Shown here piece by piece: positions 52,340 to 64,000 of a stretch of 64,000 nt of DNA (its first letter is position 1; every line of letters begins with the position of its first letter). The notes under the pieces were generated by a model, which saw only the letters and a program-made list of their open reading frames with translations, did no database searches and was not told where the DNA came from. Made by a program: the position numbers and the translations under genes. Origin of the DNA: Octopus vulgaris (Eukaryota); the NCBI GenBank assembly GCA_951406725.2, contig OX597827.1:55118001-55182000 (forward strand). Direction: 5' to 3'.

Positions 52340-53544
52340 TTTTTTGTTTTAAACAAAAAAATATTACTGATCTACTTGTTTTAGATTGTGCTTCTTTTTC
52401 AGATATATGAACTACTAACCGATAAATATATATATATATCAGTCAGTAGTTCATATATCTGAAAAAAGAAGCACATTTTAAAACGTTAGAGCAGTAATAT
52501 ATATATATAAAAAGTTGCTTGCTATGGCCTGTCATAAGTTTTGCACCTATAAAGCACTTAGTTGTATAGGCAATTCATCAGACTGAAATGCGGAGGCACA
52601 TAACTTCCCTATAACTGGAGAGAGGGAAAATGTTTGTGTTCTATAGTTGAACTGCCAGCAGTGTGCATATACATAATCACAAAAGTTATGCTTTCTCTGA
52701 TGTTATGGATTTAAAGATGACATTTCCCTCCCTCCTAAGATAAGTTATGTCCCTCTGGCCATTTGAGTTTGATGACTCACCTGAGTGCTTTAAAAGTGCA
52801 GAAGCAATGGTCACTCTCTGACCAGCCATAACAAACAACCACCTAAAGATATATATATAATATATAGGTACAGATGTGGCTGTGTGGTAAGAAGCTTGTT
52901 TCCCAACCAAATTGTTCAGGGTTTAGTGCCATTGCATGGCACTTTAGGCAAATGTCTTCTGCTACAGCTTTGGGCCAACCAAAACCCTTTAAGGTGCTGC
53001 CCCAACATGGTTGCAGTCAAGTGACTAAAATAAGATAAAGACATATATATGGGTCAGTCAGAGCAGGAAGGGCAGTACTCTCAGATCCTTTCTGCAAATT
53101 TCAAGATTGGTGAGAGGAAGAAGGAAGAAGCTACAACATTTGGTCACTGCAGAAATTATGTAATAGTTCATCAAAAGACTGAGTTAACTTCAGATTGCAG
53201 ACTTGGTTGAAATGTTTTCATAACTAAGTGGTGGTGTTAAAACAAATGATGTATTAAATTTACTATCCATGAACAAACAAGTACAGTCTATTATTAGATG
53301 ACTTCTGCATAGTTTTGTCCCCACCTCCCCCAATATCAACAAGAACACAGATCAGCAAACATTTTATATCTCCCCTTCATGGAATCATTGATAACTCATT
53401 AAGCCCTATCATGTAAATTTCTAAAATAACGGTTTATGATTAATAACAAATTTCTGGATTTAAAATGATAATTCCTTCATCCGTTTGAGCCATTACTAAT
53501 TTTTCGTAAGAAATCATCATCATCATCATTATGATCATGATGAT

Positions 53545-53785
53545 CATGATGATGATCATCATCATCATAATTAGCATGACCATGATCATGATCATGATCA
53601 TCATCATTTAACGTCCATATTCCATGCTGGTATGGGTTGGATGGTTTGACAGGAGCTGGTAAGGCTGGGGGTTGCATCAAGCTCAATTGTCTGGTCTGGC
53701 AAAGTTTATATGGTTGGATGCCCTTCCTAATGCCAACCACTCCACAGGGTGTACTGGGTGCTTTTTAAGTAGCACCATCACCAGT
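53545..53785 (-). mobile_element. RTE 3' UTR fragment with expanded (GAT/CAT) tail
   Basis: Reverse complement of the 40380-40540 terminal segment. Confidence 0.75.
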
Positions 53786-54849
53786 GCTTTTAATATGCTT
53801 TTAACCAGTGTCAATTCTACTGAGGTGGATGGATCACCAGATATCTTGCCTTCATATGGCTCAGTGTCTTGAGATCAGCCTTCAATACTTCGTCCTGAGA
53901 CAGAACAATAACAATTTAGCCATATTATATTGATATAGTCAAAATGAGGAGACGTTGAAGCAATCACCTTATTCTCCGCAGCTTAATTTGACATTTTGGG
54001 AAAGTCATTGCTTACATTGATCTGTATAGCGTAAAATGTGTCATGATGCATCAAAACAATTTGAGTTGAAGAAAAAGAACAATAAAAGAATTATATGCTG
54101 CAACCAACAGATACATTTGCCAAATCCCAGGTAAAAATCAAAATCATCAGTGTTCCCATTGTGACTTCATCGCAAAATCCCTACCTAAACTCAAATTATA
54201 TTCATACATCCATCACAAATAGATACAGCTTCTAGTATTTTTAAAATTGCTTTTCCTTTCTCTCTCTTTATCTCTCTCTCTTTCTTTCTCTATCTCTCTC
54301 TCTTTTTAAATCCTCTCCTTTAAACACTCATACGTTGAAATCAACGGGCGTGACCATCATAGTCAGAATATTGAACCCCTCTGATAGCCACATAAACATT
54401 CAGAGATTATTATTAACCACTTTGTTGACCCCTGAACTAGAGGTTTCATCAACCCAAGGCTATGGTGGAAGAAACTTGTTCAAGGTATAGAATCGACCAC
54501 AAACCCATGCCTGGTTATGAAAACTGAAAATTCAGAATAGTACTGACAAAATTGGTCTTAATTTCGAAAGGTATCTACTTCAAAAAAGATCGAAGATATT
54601 TTTAGAGATGTATCCCAAGGTGCTTGAAGAGCCATTGGAAATGTTATACACACACTTAACGAGTATGTGTTTGTATGTCTGTGTATGAATGTGTGTGAGT
54701 GTGCACGTGTGTTTGCGTGTACACACACTCACTCATGCATGTGTGCACGCGCACACAGACACACATAATAATGATAAAACAAGTAAAACTTCAAGAAGGT
54801 AGAAGTCAGCAGATAAACAGATGTCTGACTGGAGGGAAAATGATAACTA

Positions 54850-54853
54850 AATA

Positions 54854-54890
<37 letters not shown>

Positions 54891-54973
54891 AGGAAAAAAA
54901 GAAGGAAAAAAAGAAGGAAAGAAAGAGATAAAGAAAGGAAGGAAGGAAGGAAGGAAGATGTAAAGAAAGAAAA

Positions 54974-55057
<84 letters not shown>

Positions 55058-55060
55058 AAA
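54850..55060. repeat. (AAAG)n/(AAGG)n microsatellite
   Basis: Directly visible. One of dozens of (TA)n, (CA)n, (GA)n, (ATT)n and (ATC)n tracts in the window. Confidence 0.95.
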
Positions 55061-55152
55061 GCACCACCTTTAAAAGACTTTCTACAGGTAACATTGCACA
55101 TCAGACACTGTTGAAATGTCATATTGTTCATAACAAAGAGACAAGAAATGGA

Positions 55153-55215
<63 letters not shown>

Positions 55216-56309
55216 TAATGTAAAAGGGAGAGAGAGAGAGAGGGGGGACGATGAAAGTAGAATGTGTTAGTAGACACCAAGAAATCTATACAAAAAGTTT
55301 TGAGACCAAACAGAAACAAACTGCTACCAACATCACTGCTCGGCTACACTCAAACTCACACCCTACCAAAAGCAAAATGGCAACAATGATAATAACAACA
55401 ACACCATCACCACCACATCTGCATACTTTATGTCTGGTGTATACCAGCGAGCCAGCCAACCTATTTAACATATTACAGGTTGAGGTGGGTAAAAGCAGTT
55501 AACTGCTCACCTCACATTAAACACAGACATAAAAGTGTTTTAGTGAGTGCAAAGGATAAAGAAATACATAAAAAAAAAAGTATTTAAGGAGTGAAAACTA
55601 AAAGGTAAACCCAAATCATTAACATGCTGATTAAGCTAAACTCTTTTTATCTCTCAACTCTCAGCCCTTTACCTATATAAATCAGACAGAGGAGCAGGGA
55701 GTGAGTATTGAAATTATATCCTGTCGGGTGGTGGGTACTATATAAGAAGAAGCTGTTACTTTTGCAGTTTGGAGCTAATGGTGAAGGTGTTGTTGGTGCT
55801 GTTGGTGATGGTGGTGTTGATGGTAGTGGTGGTGGTAGTGGCAGAGGCGGTGAGAGTTGTTGTTAGTAATGGTTGTTGTTGTTGTTGTTGTTAAGCAACA
55901 AGCCAGGTATGGGTGATTAGGTGATGGTCTAGGGCTTAGGGGGCAGGAGACCCCAGACCTTGGAAAAAAAACAACTTTGGTCGGCTTGTTGTAGTCAAGG
56001 GCTCTTCATTGACGCCCGACACCACTGGGAGGTGGCCCTCGAAGTCGCTGGAAATGGAGATCTCCAGGTCCAAATTCTTGAACGGCTGTTAGTGATGGTG
56101 GTGTTAATGGTCACAGTGAGAATGTATTTGTTTTAATGACACAATAAGGCCTTATATTAGCTGCAAAATGACCAGATTGCAACCTCTGTACACCTTACAG
56201 AACAATTAATGTTAAGAGCTGGAATAAGAAGAAATTTCTGGTAGAGATGACTGAAGCAGCAGTGAAATATGGGCTTTTGACTACAGAGGACATGCAAAGG
56301 CTTGAAAAA

Positions 56310-56790
56310 AATTAAGCTGGCATGCTCCACTGGATGGGTAATGTCAGTGTGCATGCATGACAGAGTGTAAATGGTTTAAGAGGAAAATTGAGTATAAGAG
56401 GCATCAGATGTGTGCAAGAGAGAAGACTGTGCTGGTTTGGTTACGGTTGTGATGCATATAGATGAGGAAAGCTGCATAAAGAAGTGCCAAGATTTAATTG
56501 TGGAGGGTACCTGCAGAAGGGGTAGACCCAAGAATACATGGGACGAAGTGGCGAGAAAGGATTTTTGGATGCTGGGCCTCATTGAGGAAACAACAAAGGA
56601 CCAGGAGATGTGGCAATTTGCTGTATTTGATAAGATGCGCCAAGCTAAGTAAAATCGCTGTCTTCCACACATACAGGCCTATCTTTTCAGGTGCCACATA
56701 AAAAGCACCCATGCTGGTGCTGCATAAATGCACCTGTGCTCGTGCTGTGTATATGAATTTGTGTGAGTAGCATGTAAAAAGCACCCATCT
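56310..56790 (+). mobile_element. Older copy of the RTE LINE 3' end
   Basis: HIDEESCIKKCQDLIVEGTCRRGRPKNTWDEVARKD...DQEMWQFAV, a paralogue of 39633-39920. Confidence 0.8.
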
Positions 56791-57293
56791 CCAGGCTATG
56801 CAAATGAGAACAAGACCATGGAGGGCACAGCATCATGCTGTATATAGTAAAATGAACTTCAACATTTAATGAGGTTTTCAATACTGTGTTGTTTTAATTT
56901 TTCAAAGATAGAATATGATGTTCTTTTGATTATGATCATTTTTGTGATTGGGGTTATTATATAATTGATGTGATATTTTACATCTCAGAAGTGTTCATAA
57001 ACTACAAATAACAAGGATGAATATTATCATTTATAAATTGCTTGTCTTTTGTTCTAGGGTGTTTTCTACACAGGATTTTTTTCTATGGGGTTTGTCCTAG
57101 AGGAAAGGGTTGTCCTACACTCACGAGACACTGCAGTTTTCTGTCTCCTCAATCTTAGGGCTAACCTAGATGATGGTGTACTGAAACAAGCCAACTAGGA
57201 TGCTTGTATGTAGTTGCTCAGCCTACTAGAAATTGCAACCACATCCCCATTAAACTATACCTTACTATCTTAAACAAAGGAAGCATACATTAG

Positions 57294-57299
<6 letters not shown>

Positions 57300-57325
<26 letters not shown>

Positions 57326-59710
57326 TGTGTACAGTGCTCAGGTGCACTACAACTCATCTAAAGTGTATATATAATCAGGTGTAGTTTCGGCGGATTTCGG
57401 AAAGCATGAGGGCCTTAAAAGATGCAGTGTCATGGCAGTCAACAACTGACGCAGGCAGTTTATTCCATGCTTCAGCAACTCTGAGCGTGAAAAAATGTTT
57501 CCGAAAGTCATGGGAGCTGTATTGTTTTCTGACTTTGTAGGCATGTCCACGTGTGTTAGACACATGGAGATCAAAAAGGTGTTCAGTGTTGTTGTTGGTG
57601 AGGTGGTTGATAACTTTGTGGGTGTTTAACAAGTCTGTCGCCAAACGCCGGAGCTTCAGTGAATCCATGCCCAGGGAAACAAGGCGCTCAGAATATGGTA
57701 GGTGTCTGATGGAGGGTATGCGTTTGGTTGCACGTCTCTGGACAGATTCCAGGAGGTCAATGTTCTGTGCAAGATAGGGGTTCCAAACTGATGATGCAAA
57801 TTCCAAGTGTGGTCGTACCATAGCTGTATACAGTTTTAAATAGATGGCTGGAGAGCGGCTAACAAAAGACCTGCTGAGTGATGCCAAGACACCCTCGGCC
57901 TTCCTGACAATCTTAGAGATATGCTTTGACCAACGCAAATCACTGCTGACAGTGATGCCTAGGTCACGCTCGCAAGAGGATTTCTTGATATCAGTGTTGT
58001 GGAGGGAGTAAGTGAACGCAGGGTTTTTTCTCCCAAAATGCATGGTGGTACACTTGTCCACAGCCAGTTTCAGTTGCCAGTCTGTGATCCATTGCTGCAT
58101 TGTGTCTAGGTCTGATTGCAGGAAAGAGTTGTAGACATCAGGATCTGTCCTCTTGATTTCAAGGTACAGCTTGATGTCGTCTGCATATTTCAATACTGTG
58201 GCATTCTTTAAATTGGCATCTATGTCGTTAATGTATGCCACAAACAAGAGGGGACCAAGGACAGATCCCTGTGGTACACCCGATGACATCTCATATGGTG
58301 TAGAGTGCTGTCCTAGAACTGTGACTACCTCCTTTCGGCTGAGGATGAAGGATTTCAACCAGTTAAAAAGGTCATCCCCCACACCCATTGCAGAGAGTTT
58401 CACCATAAGCCTTTTGTGTGGCACAGAGTTGAAAGCCTTAGCAAAGTCAAGGTAGACAACATCCACCCATGAGCCACTGTCAGTAATCTGAGTAATGTCC
58501 TCAAGGAACTCGACAAGCTGGTCACTGCAGCTGGAGTTAGGGACAAATCCATATTGTGAGGGTCGGATGAGACTGTGAGAGCTCCAGAAGTTCCAGAGTG
58601 TTTCTCTGACACACGATTCCATCAGTTTTGCAATACAGCTAGTGAGACTTACTGGGCGATAGTTGACAGGTGATGTGCGGTCGCCCTTTTTGAACAGAGG
58701 AATGACACTGGCAGTTTTCCACTGCTCCGGAGTAGCACCATTGTTGAGACAGTACTGGAAGAAAATAGAAAGCTGGTGTAAAAGGAAGTGCCTGCCACGT
58801 TTGAGAAGCAGGTATGTAACTCCATCGAGACCAGGGGAGGCATAGTTGCGCTTATTTTGAAGGTGACGTCGCAGCATTGCAGGTGTAAATTCCATAGTTG
58901 TTATGGAGTTTGCTGTTAGTGATGGTGAAGATGGTACATTTTGACTTTCAACAGTGAATATGTTTGCATAGCACTCGGCAATGAGTTCTGCGCATTCCTT
59001 GGGGTCGTCAGTGATCTGGTTTGTGTGAGGGTTGCGAAGAGGGCCCACTGGAGAGTGAGGTCTCTGCTTTGAGTGCACATATTTCCAGAAAACCTTGCTG
59101 TCAGGATTGGCTGCTATGCACTGTTCAAATTCAAGCACTGCTTTTTTTGTCACTTGCTTGAGATGGTTGGAGGATTTATTCCGCTTCTTCCTGTTGGTGT
59201 CTGATTTATGCAACCTGTATTCCCGTTCAGCAGTCCAACGTTCCCTCCTGGCAAGTCGGACCGCTAAAGTTTCCCAAATTGCCCTTTTGGGGCGGTTCTT
59301 CTTTTTTTGTTTACGTGGCACTGATGCTGCACATGCTGCCCATATTGAGTCCAGGATACTCTGGAGTATAGTATTCACATCTCCAGAGTTGTAGAATTCA
59401 CGCCAGTTTGGGTGCTGTAGTTCAGTGTGGTACAGGTTCCAATCTGCTCTCTTCCAATCGAAGGAAGCAGATTGGAGATGGTTCAGGTTTTTGTTGCCCG
59501 CAAGAGCCAGATTGGCGATGATCATAGCATGACCAGAGTCACCTAGAGGTTCCTCCGTAGTGCAATTGATAACCGCTTCAGGAGTTGTGGTGAAGAGCAG
59601 GTCCAAGGTGTTGTCGCCTCTTGTTGGAGAGGTGACTACTTGTGACCAGTTTGAGTCCAGCACAAGCTCAACAAAATCGTTTGCACTCTGTGGCCAATGG
59701 AAGGTCTCCC
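57300..59710 (-). mobile_element. CR1-clade LINE, 5'-truncated, young copy
   Basis: RT ORF followed by a short 3' UTR and a (TTA)n tail. ATAATA target-site duplication at 57294-57299 and 59711-59716. GC content is clearly above the flanks. It interrupts an older repeat. Confidence 0.92.
57375..59663 (-). CDS. LINE ORF2: C-terminal part of APE endonuclease plus reverse transcriptase (frame stays open to the truncation at about 59710)
   Basis: Motifs PTRGDNTLDL, GDSGHAMI, NYRPVSLTS, VYLDFAKAF, GVPQGSVLGP, YADD, ERDLG, VRPHLEFAS.VWNP and NTRGH..K...FF..RV...WN.LP are typical of CR1. Confidence 0.93.
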   Translation of the reverse strand: MLDSNWSQVVTSPTRGDNTLDLLFTTTPEAVINCTTEEPLGDSGHAMIIANLALAGNKNLNHLQSASFDWKRADWNLYHTELQHPNWREFYNSGDVNTILQSILDSIWAACAASVPRKQKKKNRPKRAIWETLAVRLARRERWTAEREYRLHKSDTNRKKRNKSSNHLKQVTKKAVLEFEQCIAANPDSKVFWKYVHSKQRPHSPVGPLRNPHTNQITDDPKECAELIAECYANIFTVESQNVPSSPSLTANSITTMEFTPAMLRRHLQNKRNYASPGLDGVTYLLLKRGRHFLLHQLSIFFQYCLNNGATPEQWKTASVIPLFKKGDRTSPVNYRPVSLTSCIAKLMESCVRETLWNFWSSHSLIRPSQYGFVPNSSCSDQLVEFLEDITQITDSGSWVDVVYLDFAKAFNSVPHKRLMVKLSAMGVGDDLFNWLKSFILSRKEVVTVLGQHSTPYEMSSGVPQGSVLGPLLFVAYINDIDANLKNATVLKYADDIKLYLEIKRTDPDVYNSFLQSDLDTMQQWITDWQLKLAVDKCTTMHFGRKNPAFTYSLHNTDIKKSSCERDLGITVSSDLRWSKHISKIVRKAEGVLASLSRSFVSRSPAIYLKLYTAMVRPHLEFASSVWNPYLAQNIDLLESVQRRATKRIPSIRHLPYSERLVSLGMDSLKLRRLATDLLNTHKVINHLTNNNTEHLFDLHVSNTRGHAYKVRKQYSSHDFRKHFFTLRVAEAWNKLPASVVDCHDTASFKALMLSEIRRNYT

Positions 59711-60452
59711 ATAATACAGTTCAAAGTGCACTACATCTAAAACAAAACAAAAAAAAAATAAATAAATAAATACTAGATGGTCACAGATGTGATATTTTTT
59801 TAGTCATAGATCTCTTTGCTCATTGAGAGCTGATCCAGAACTAAACAACATCAGCAGCAACCACTTCCATTATGCAAAGACCAACTAAGACTTATTATAA
59901 ATAAGAACTCAGATTCCTGTTAATATTTAGAAAAAGGACAAAACAACAAACCTCTGGAAGATGTTTATTGTAATGATTCCTCTTATTATAGGCAAAAACT
60001 CCTCTCTGTGCCAGCTCACATACAGGCCAATTTTTTTTACTCAAACATACAATATATATATGTATATATGTGTGGCAAAATCTCTATGTGTGCATGTTTG
60101 TGCTTATGTATGTATGTGAGTGTGTGAATATTTCCATTGAATACAGACTAAAGTGATGAAATACAAAGCAGAAGGTTTCAGCACAAACATTATCTTTTAA
60201 TTTTAGTCATGTAAAATAATACTCTACTTTCCAAGTATGCTTGAGTATTTGGCCATAAAAAAAAAGTCACGCTTTGTTGAATTGTGGTGAGAAGTAGTAG
60301 CACCCTGCTGCTGTAAAACTCCAATAATAAGCAAATTTTTCACAAGCAAAAATAAGAAAATTTGAAAAATGTAAAAAAGAAAACTTCTTACTCATGCTTT
60401 TGTAAGAAAATGAAAGTAAAGCAAAACATAAAATGAAAAGAAAAATACTTAC

Positions 60453-60524
60453 AGACCATTTTGGGTAACTTGTCATGATCATCCTAATGACGTATTTTCT
60501 GATTGCTGACAATTGATAAATAAA
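60453..60524 (-). CDS. ENO4: ENO4-like internal coding exon (first exon visible; upstream exons lie beyond the window)
   Basis: Acceptor ttttatatatcttcag, donor gtaagt, 72 nt, phase 0/0. Encodes FIYQLSAIRKYVIRMIMTSYPKWS, which fits the helix preceding the next exon and joins it in frame. Confidence 0.7.
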
Positions 60525-60887
60525 CTGAAGATATATAAAATAAAAAGATAAAAATGCATAAAAGTTTAATCATTGACAAAATTAGTTTACTTTGAGAATC
60601 CTGCAACATGAATTTCTTACAGACAGGCATAAAATCAAAAGTATCCCAGCCATGACCATCCCATCCTTTATTTCAAACAAAGTTTATTTGGGACTATATT
60701 ATATAATGTGTTCTGCCTTCCTTAAGACAGTAGGGTAGAATTTAAGGGAGGCTAGGCTGTTATTTCTGACAAGTCAAAAAAAAATTCATTGATTCATATA
60801 CTATCTCTGTTATAACAGTTTATTTTTATATTTCTCTGTTAATTTTTAAAAAGCCCTCCTTTGTAAAAGTTAATTAAATCAAGCTAA

Positions 60888-61405
60888 TTAGCTAGTTAAG
60901 AAAATCTCTATAAGAGGAGAAAGTAGTAATATACTGAGAAATGATTTTTATCACCACTTAAGCATGGTTGTTCTGTAGGAACTGACATTACTGCTTATTT
61001 TAACCTAAGGAGGATGCCCCTACCAACTGTTATTCGATGCAATCTGCACCCTATATATATTGCAAGCAGGGGAGTGAATCCCTACCATCTTCCAGCAACA
61101 AGACCACCAGACCATACAGTTCTGACCTCTTTGTGGTCATCTCTATAAGAATCTCTATAACAGACCACCAGACCATACAATCTGATGGTCTTATGGCTGG
61201 AAGATTGTAGAGGTTTACTCCCCTGCCTGCAATATATATATATCAGGTTTAGATTGCATCAAATAACCAGCTGAATGAGGCATCCTCCTGGGGTTAAAAA
61301 TAGCAGTAACATCAGTTCCTACAAAACAGACATGTTTAAGTAGCGATGAAAATTACTTCTCAGTATAATTATTGCTTTCACCTCTTATAGAGATTAAGTA
61401 GCTAA
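60888..61405. repeat. Imperfect inverted repeat (about 220-bp arms), with a third copy at 61880-62087
   Basis: aatctctataagagg...gttctgtaggaactgacattactgc...tccagcaacaagacca pairs with tggtcttatggctgga...gcagtaacatcagttcctacaaaac...cctcttatagagatt. Confidence 0.85.
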
Positions 61406-62635
61406 TTTGTTTGTTGCAAGATCATTGACTGTGTGTCATTTGTTTTCTATATAGTGAGCTAGAGTGAACTATTGCCATCTATAACACACAACTTGCCCAC
61501 TTTTTTCAGATATCACCTGAAGAGCAAGATAGGGCTGGAGAGGAGACGGCTGTTGCAAGGTGTGTTTGAGAAAAGATGGAAGGCTGTGGTAAGAAAGGTG
61601 GGTGCAAGTGACCTGGCTTAATCTCCACGGAGAAAGATAAAGGTGTAGTCACTGGGCTTTTTGCTCATCAGGGTGAATCCCCACTGGCTAAAAATTATTA
61701 AAATAAATATATTATATTATATATCAATTTGTATAATAACCAAAATTTTCAAATTACGTTTCATTCGAATTCTCATTAACTTTTACCTGTTTGTTCTGTC
61801 CTGTTTGTCACCTCTGTGTTAGATAATCATTATCTTAATAAAGAAAGCATCTCTAACAGACAAGTATCTGCCACTGATATATGACCACAAAGAGGTCAAA
61901 AGTGTAGGGTCTGGTGGTCTCGTGGCTGGATAATGGCAGGAGTTCACTTCCCTACCTACAATACTATACAGGGTGCAGAATGCATTGAATAACCAGCTGG
62001 AGGATGCATCCCCCTAGGGTTAAAATAAGCAGTAATGTCCATTCCTACAGAACAGCCATGTTTAAGTGGCAATAAAAATTACTTCTAATTAAAGACAATT
62101 TTCTTGAAAGAAAAACACTAAAATAGCCAAGAAGCTTTTATTCGCACTTTGATTGTATAATCAGAATAGATATGAAGTCTTTCTGGGAAGGTTACCCATA
62201 ACAGAATTATATCCTGCCTAGAAACAGATTTGTTTCAGATCAACTTAATACTATAAAAGTGTAACAGGTATGTTCAGAAGTCACATCACTATACCCAATG
62301 TTGTGATTCGCTAGAATATTACTCACATGATCAACAAAATCTGACCAATCGTGACTATGTGTGGAATAGGCTCGAGCAACAATTTCATCCTTTGGTGCAC
62401 TTCCTTTTTAGCCTATTTATCAGGATAAATTCAGCACACTTTGACTACTTGACAGAGAGCATTAGGATGCAGTAGAGAGAGAGAGAGAGAGAGAGAGAGC
62501 AGTGGGAGACAACAGAGATGAGATGGCAGATGCAGACAGCTGCTAACTTGAGCTGACGACATCCACAATGAATGATCAGTGACAGCAGTATAATGATCAG
62601 TAGTTAACTTTTTGATTACTATTAGAATTATACTA

Positions 62636-62875
62636 GTGGAGGCACGTGGCTTAGTGGCTAGGGTGTCAGCATCATGATCGTAAGATTGTGGTTTCAATTC
62701 CTGGACTGGGCGACATGTTGTGTTCTTGAGCAAAACACTTCATTTCACATTGCTCCAGTCACTCAACTGGCAAAAATGAGTAATGCTGCGATGGACTGGT
62801 GTCCCATCCAGCTGGGGAACATACATGCCATTGACACCGGAAAACCGGGCCCATGAGCCTGGCTTAAGAACAATA
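62636..62875 (+). mobile_element. tRNA-derived SINE
   Basis: gtggaggcacgtggcttagtgg...ggtttcaattcc head plus CORE-like gtgttcttgagcaaaacac. Confidence 0.78.
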
Positions 62876-63371
62876 ACATTCAAACTTTCTCAACATTTTG
62901 CTGTTTATAGTAATAAAAGTATTCATTTTTTTTTTTGGTATATGTACAAGAAGAATAAAATTTTGATTATCAAAAAGCACAACCTTCTGTAGTGTTCATC
63001 TTCATACAGAAGCAATAGTTGAAGCACCATGCTTTTGCTTTATGGAGAGTTTTTTAAAGAGGATTATCTCTGAGAATTACCTTTATAAAGTATAGCATTT
63101 TTTTTTATCCCCTATCACCTTAAGTCTTTGAATAGATGCCTGCGTTACATATTCTGTTTCTGTGAGGGTCTAAGTTTTTTTATTTATTACAGGGGTTGGG
63201 AAGGGTATATAGAACTATCAAATTTTAGAGATAATTAATTAGTGTAGGGACTAACTTGAGAAGCTCAATAAACTTACGTTTGTATGTCAAGCTAACACAA
63301 CCCATTCATAGAACTGGGAAGGAATTGAAACAGTAGTAATAATAGCAATAGTAGCAGCAACAACAACAAAA

Positions 63372-63470
63372 ATAGTGGTGGTGGTAGTGGTGGTGGTGGT
63401 AGTGGTGGTGGTGGTAGTGGTGGTGGTGGTAGTGGTGGTGGTGGTAGTGGTGGTGGTGGTGGTGGTGGGG
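63372..63470. repeat. (GTGGTGGTGGTGGTA)n compound trinucleotide repeat
   Basis: Directly visible 15-bp period. Confidence 0.9.
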
Positions 63471-63799
63471 TAGTGAGTGTGATGGCACTGTTATTGATAG
63501 CAATGGGAATTCTGATTAAGAACAGAAAGAGATGGAGGGGAGGAGTGCCATTCAAAGAAATCTGAGCAACCATGCCAATGTTTAACATACTACCTCACCA
63601 GAGACATTAGTCATTCAACATGTATCTCTGTACTCAGTGTGTTTAATGTGTGTAGTTTTTACCTATCCTCAAATATGTCTTCAGGGCTTCTTTTTTTTTC
63701 ATGTGATTTGGAGTTTGAAGTTTGTTCAGTAACAAAGTGGCAACCTCTAAGTTGCCACCCAAACTACTAGAAATAGCAAATATCCCTCAAATTGGAGCC

Positions 63800-64000
63800 T
63801 ACTATCATAATGAAAAGCAGACAAGAGGACCGTAGCTAGAATACTTGTGATCATAGGTCTACTCAGTTGTCTATTCAGTTTTTGCAACGCCTCCTGTGGC
63901 TGTAGAGACTGATGCGAGAGTGGCAGTCTCATTTGCAGAGGTCACACCTATACGTTGAATTTGGTCTGTTGGCTGTCATTTCTTTTCTGCGGGCTCGGTT
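63800..64000 (-). mobile_element. RTE (BovB-like) LINE 3' end, continuing beyond the window
   Basis: Minus translation ...RRKEMTANRPNSTYRCDLCK*DCHSRISLYSHRRRC is the terminal Zn-knuckle-like motif of RTE ORF2. Confidence 0.72.

Noticed and set aside
53968-54022. AG...GT bounded segment on the minus strand
   Set aside because: Stop codons in all three frames.
57553-59769. Plus-strand ORFs opposite the CR1 RT
   Set aside because: Antisense shadows of the LINE ORF.
62327-62407. Possible further ENO4 exon ending in GTGAGT (GSAPKDEIVARAYSTHSHDWSDFVDH)
   Set aside because: There is no polypyrimidine acceptor and no resemblance to the expected upstream ENO4 segment.
63292-63588. Poly-Pro / poly-His ORFs
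   Set aside because: Products of the GTG/GTA trinucleotide repeat.

Overview
AT-rich, microsatellite- and transposon-dense eukaryotic DNA. The SINE/LINE repertoire strongly suggests an octopus (coleoid cephalopod) genome; this is an inference. One host gene is visible: the last six coding exons of an enolase-4 (ENO4)-like gene on the minus strand (60524 to 18924). All introns are GT-AG with consistent phases, and most enolase catalytic and metal-binding residues are substituted. The rest of the window is repeats: three or more tRNA-derived SINE families, including a 10-copy head-to-tail array joined by (ATT)n; a young 5'-truncated CR1-type LINE with an unbroken RT ORF; RTE LINE remnants; mariner/maT remnants; piggyBac- and hAT-type MITEs; a non-autonomous Helitron; and Penelope-like (PLE) remnants. 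The most notable hidden layer is a set of type I hammerhead-ribozyme motifs and fold-back palindromes. These include a 482-bp tandem repeat with one hammerhead per unit (retrozyme-like), minimal hammerheads with non-canonical cores, and several 58-220 bp arm hairpins in the ENO4 introns. All calls were made by eye, without database searches.
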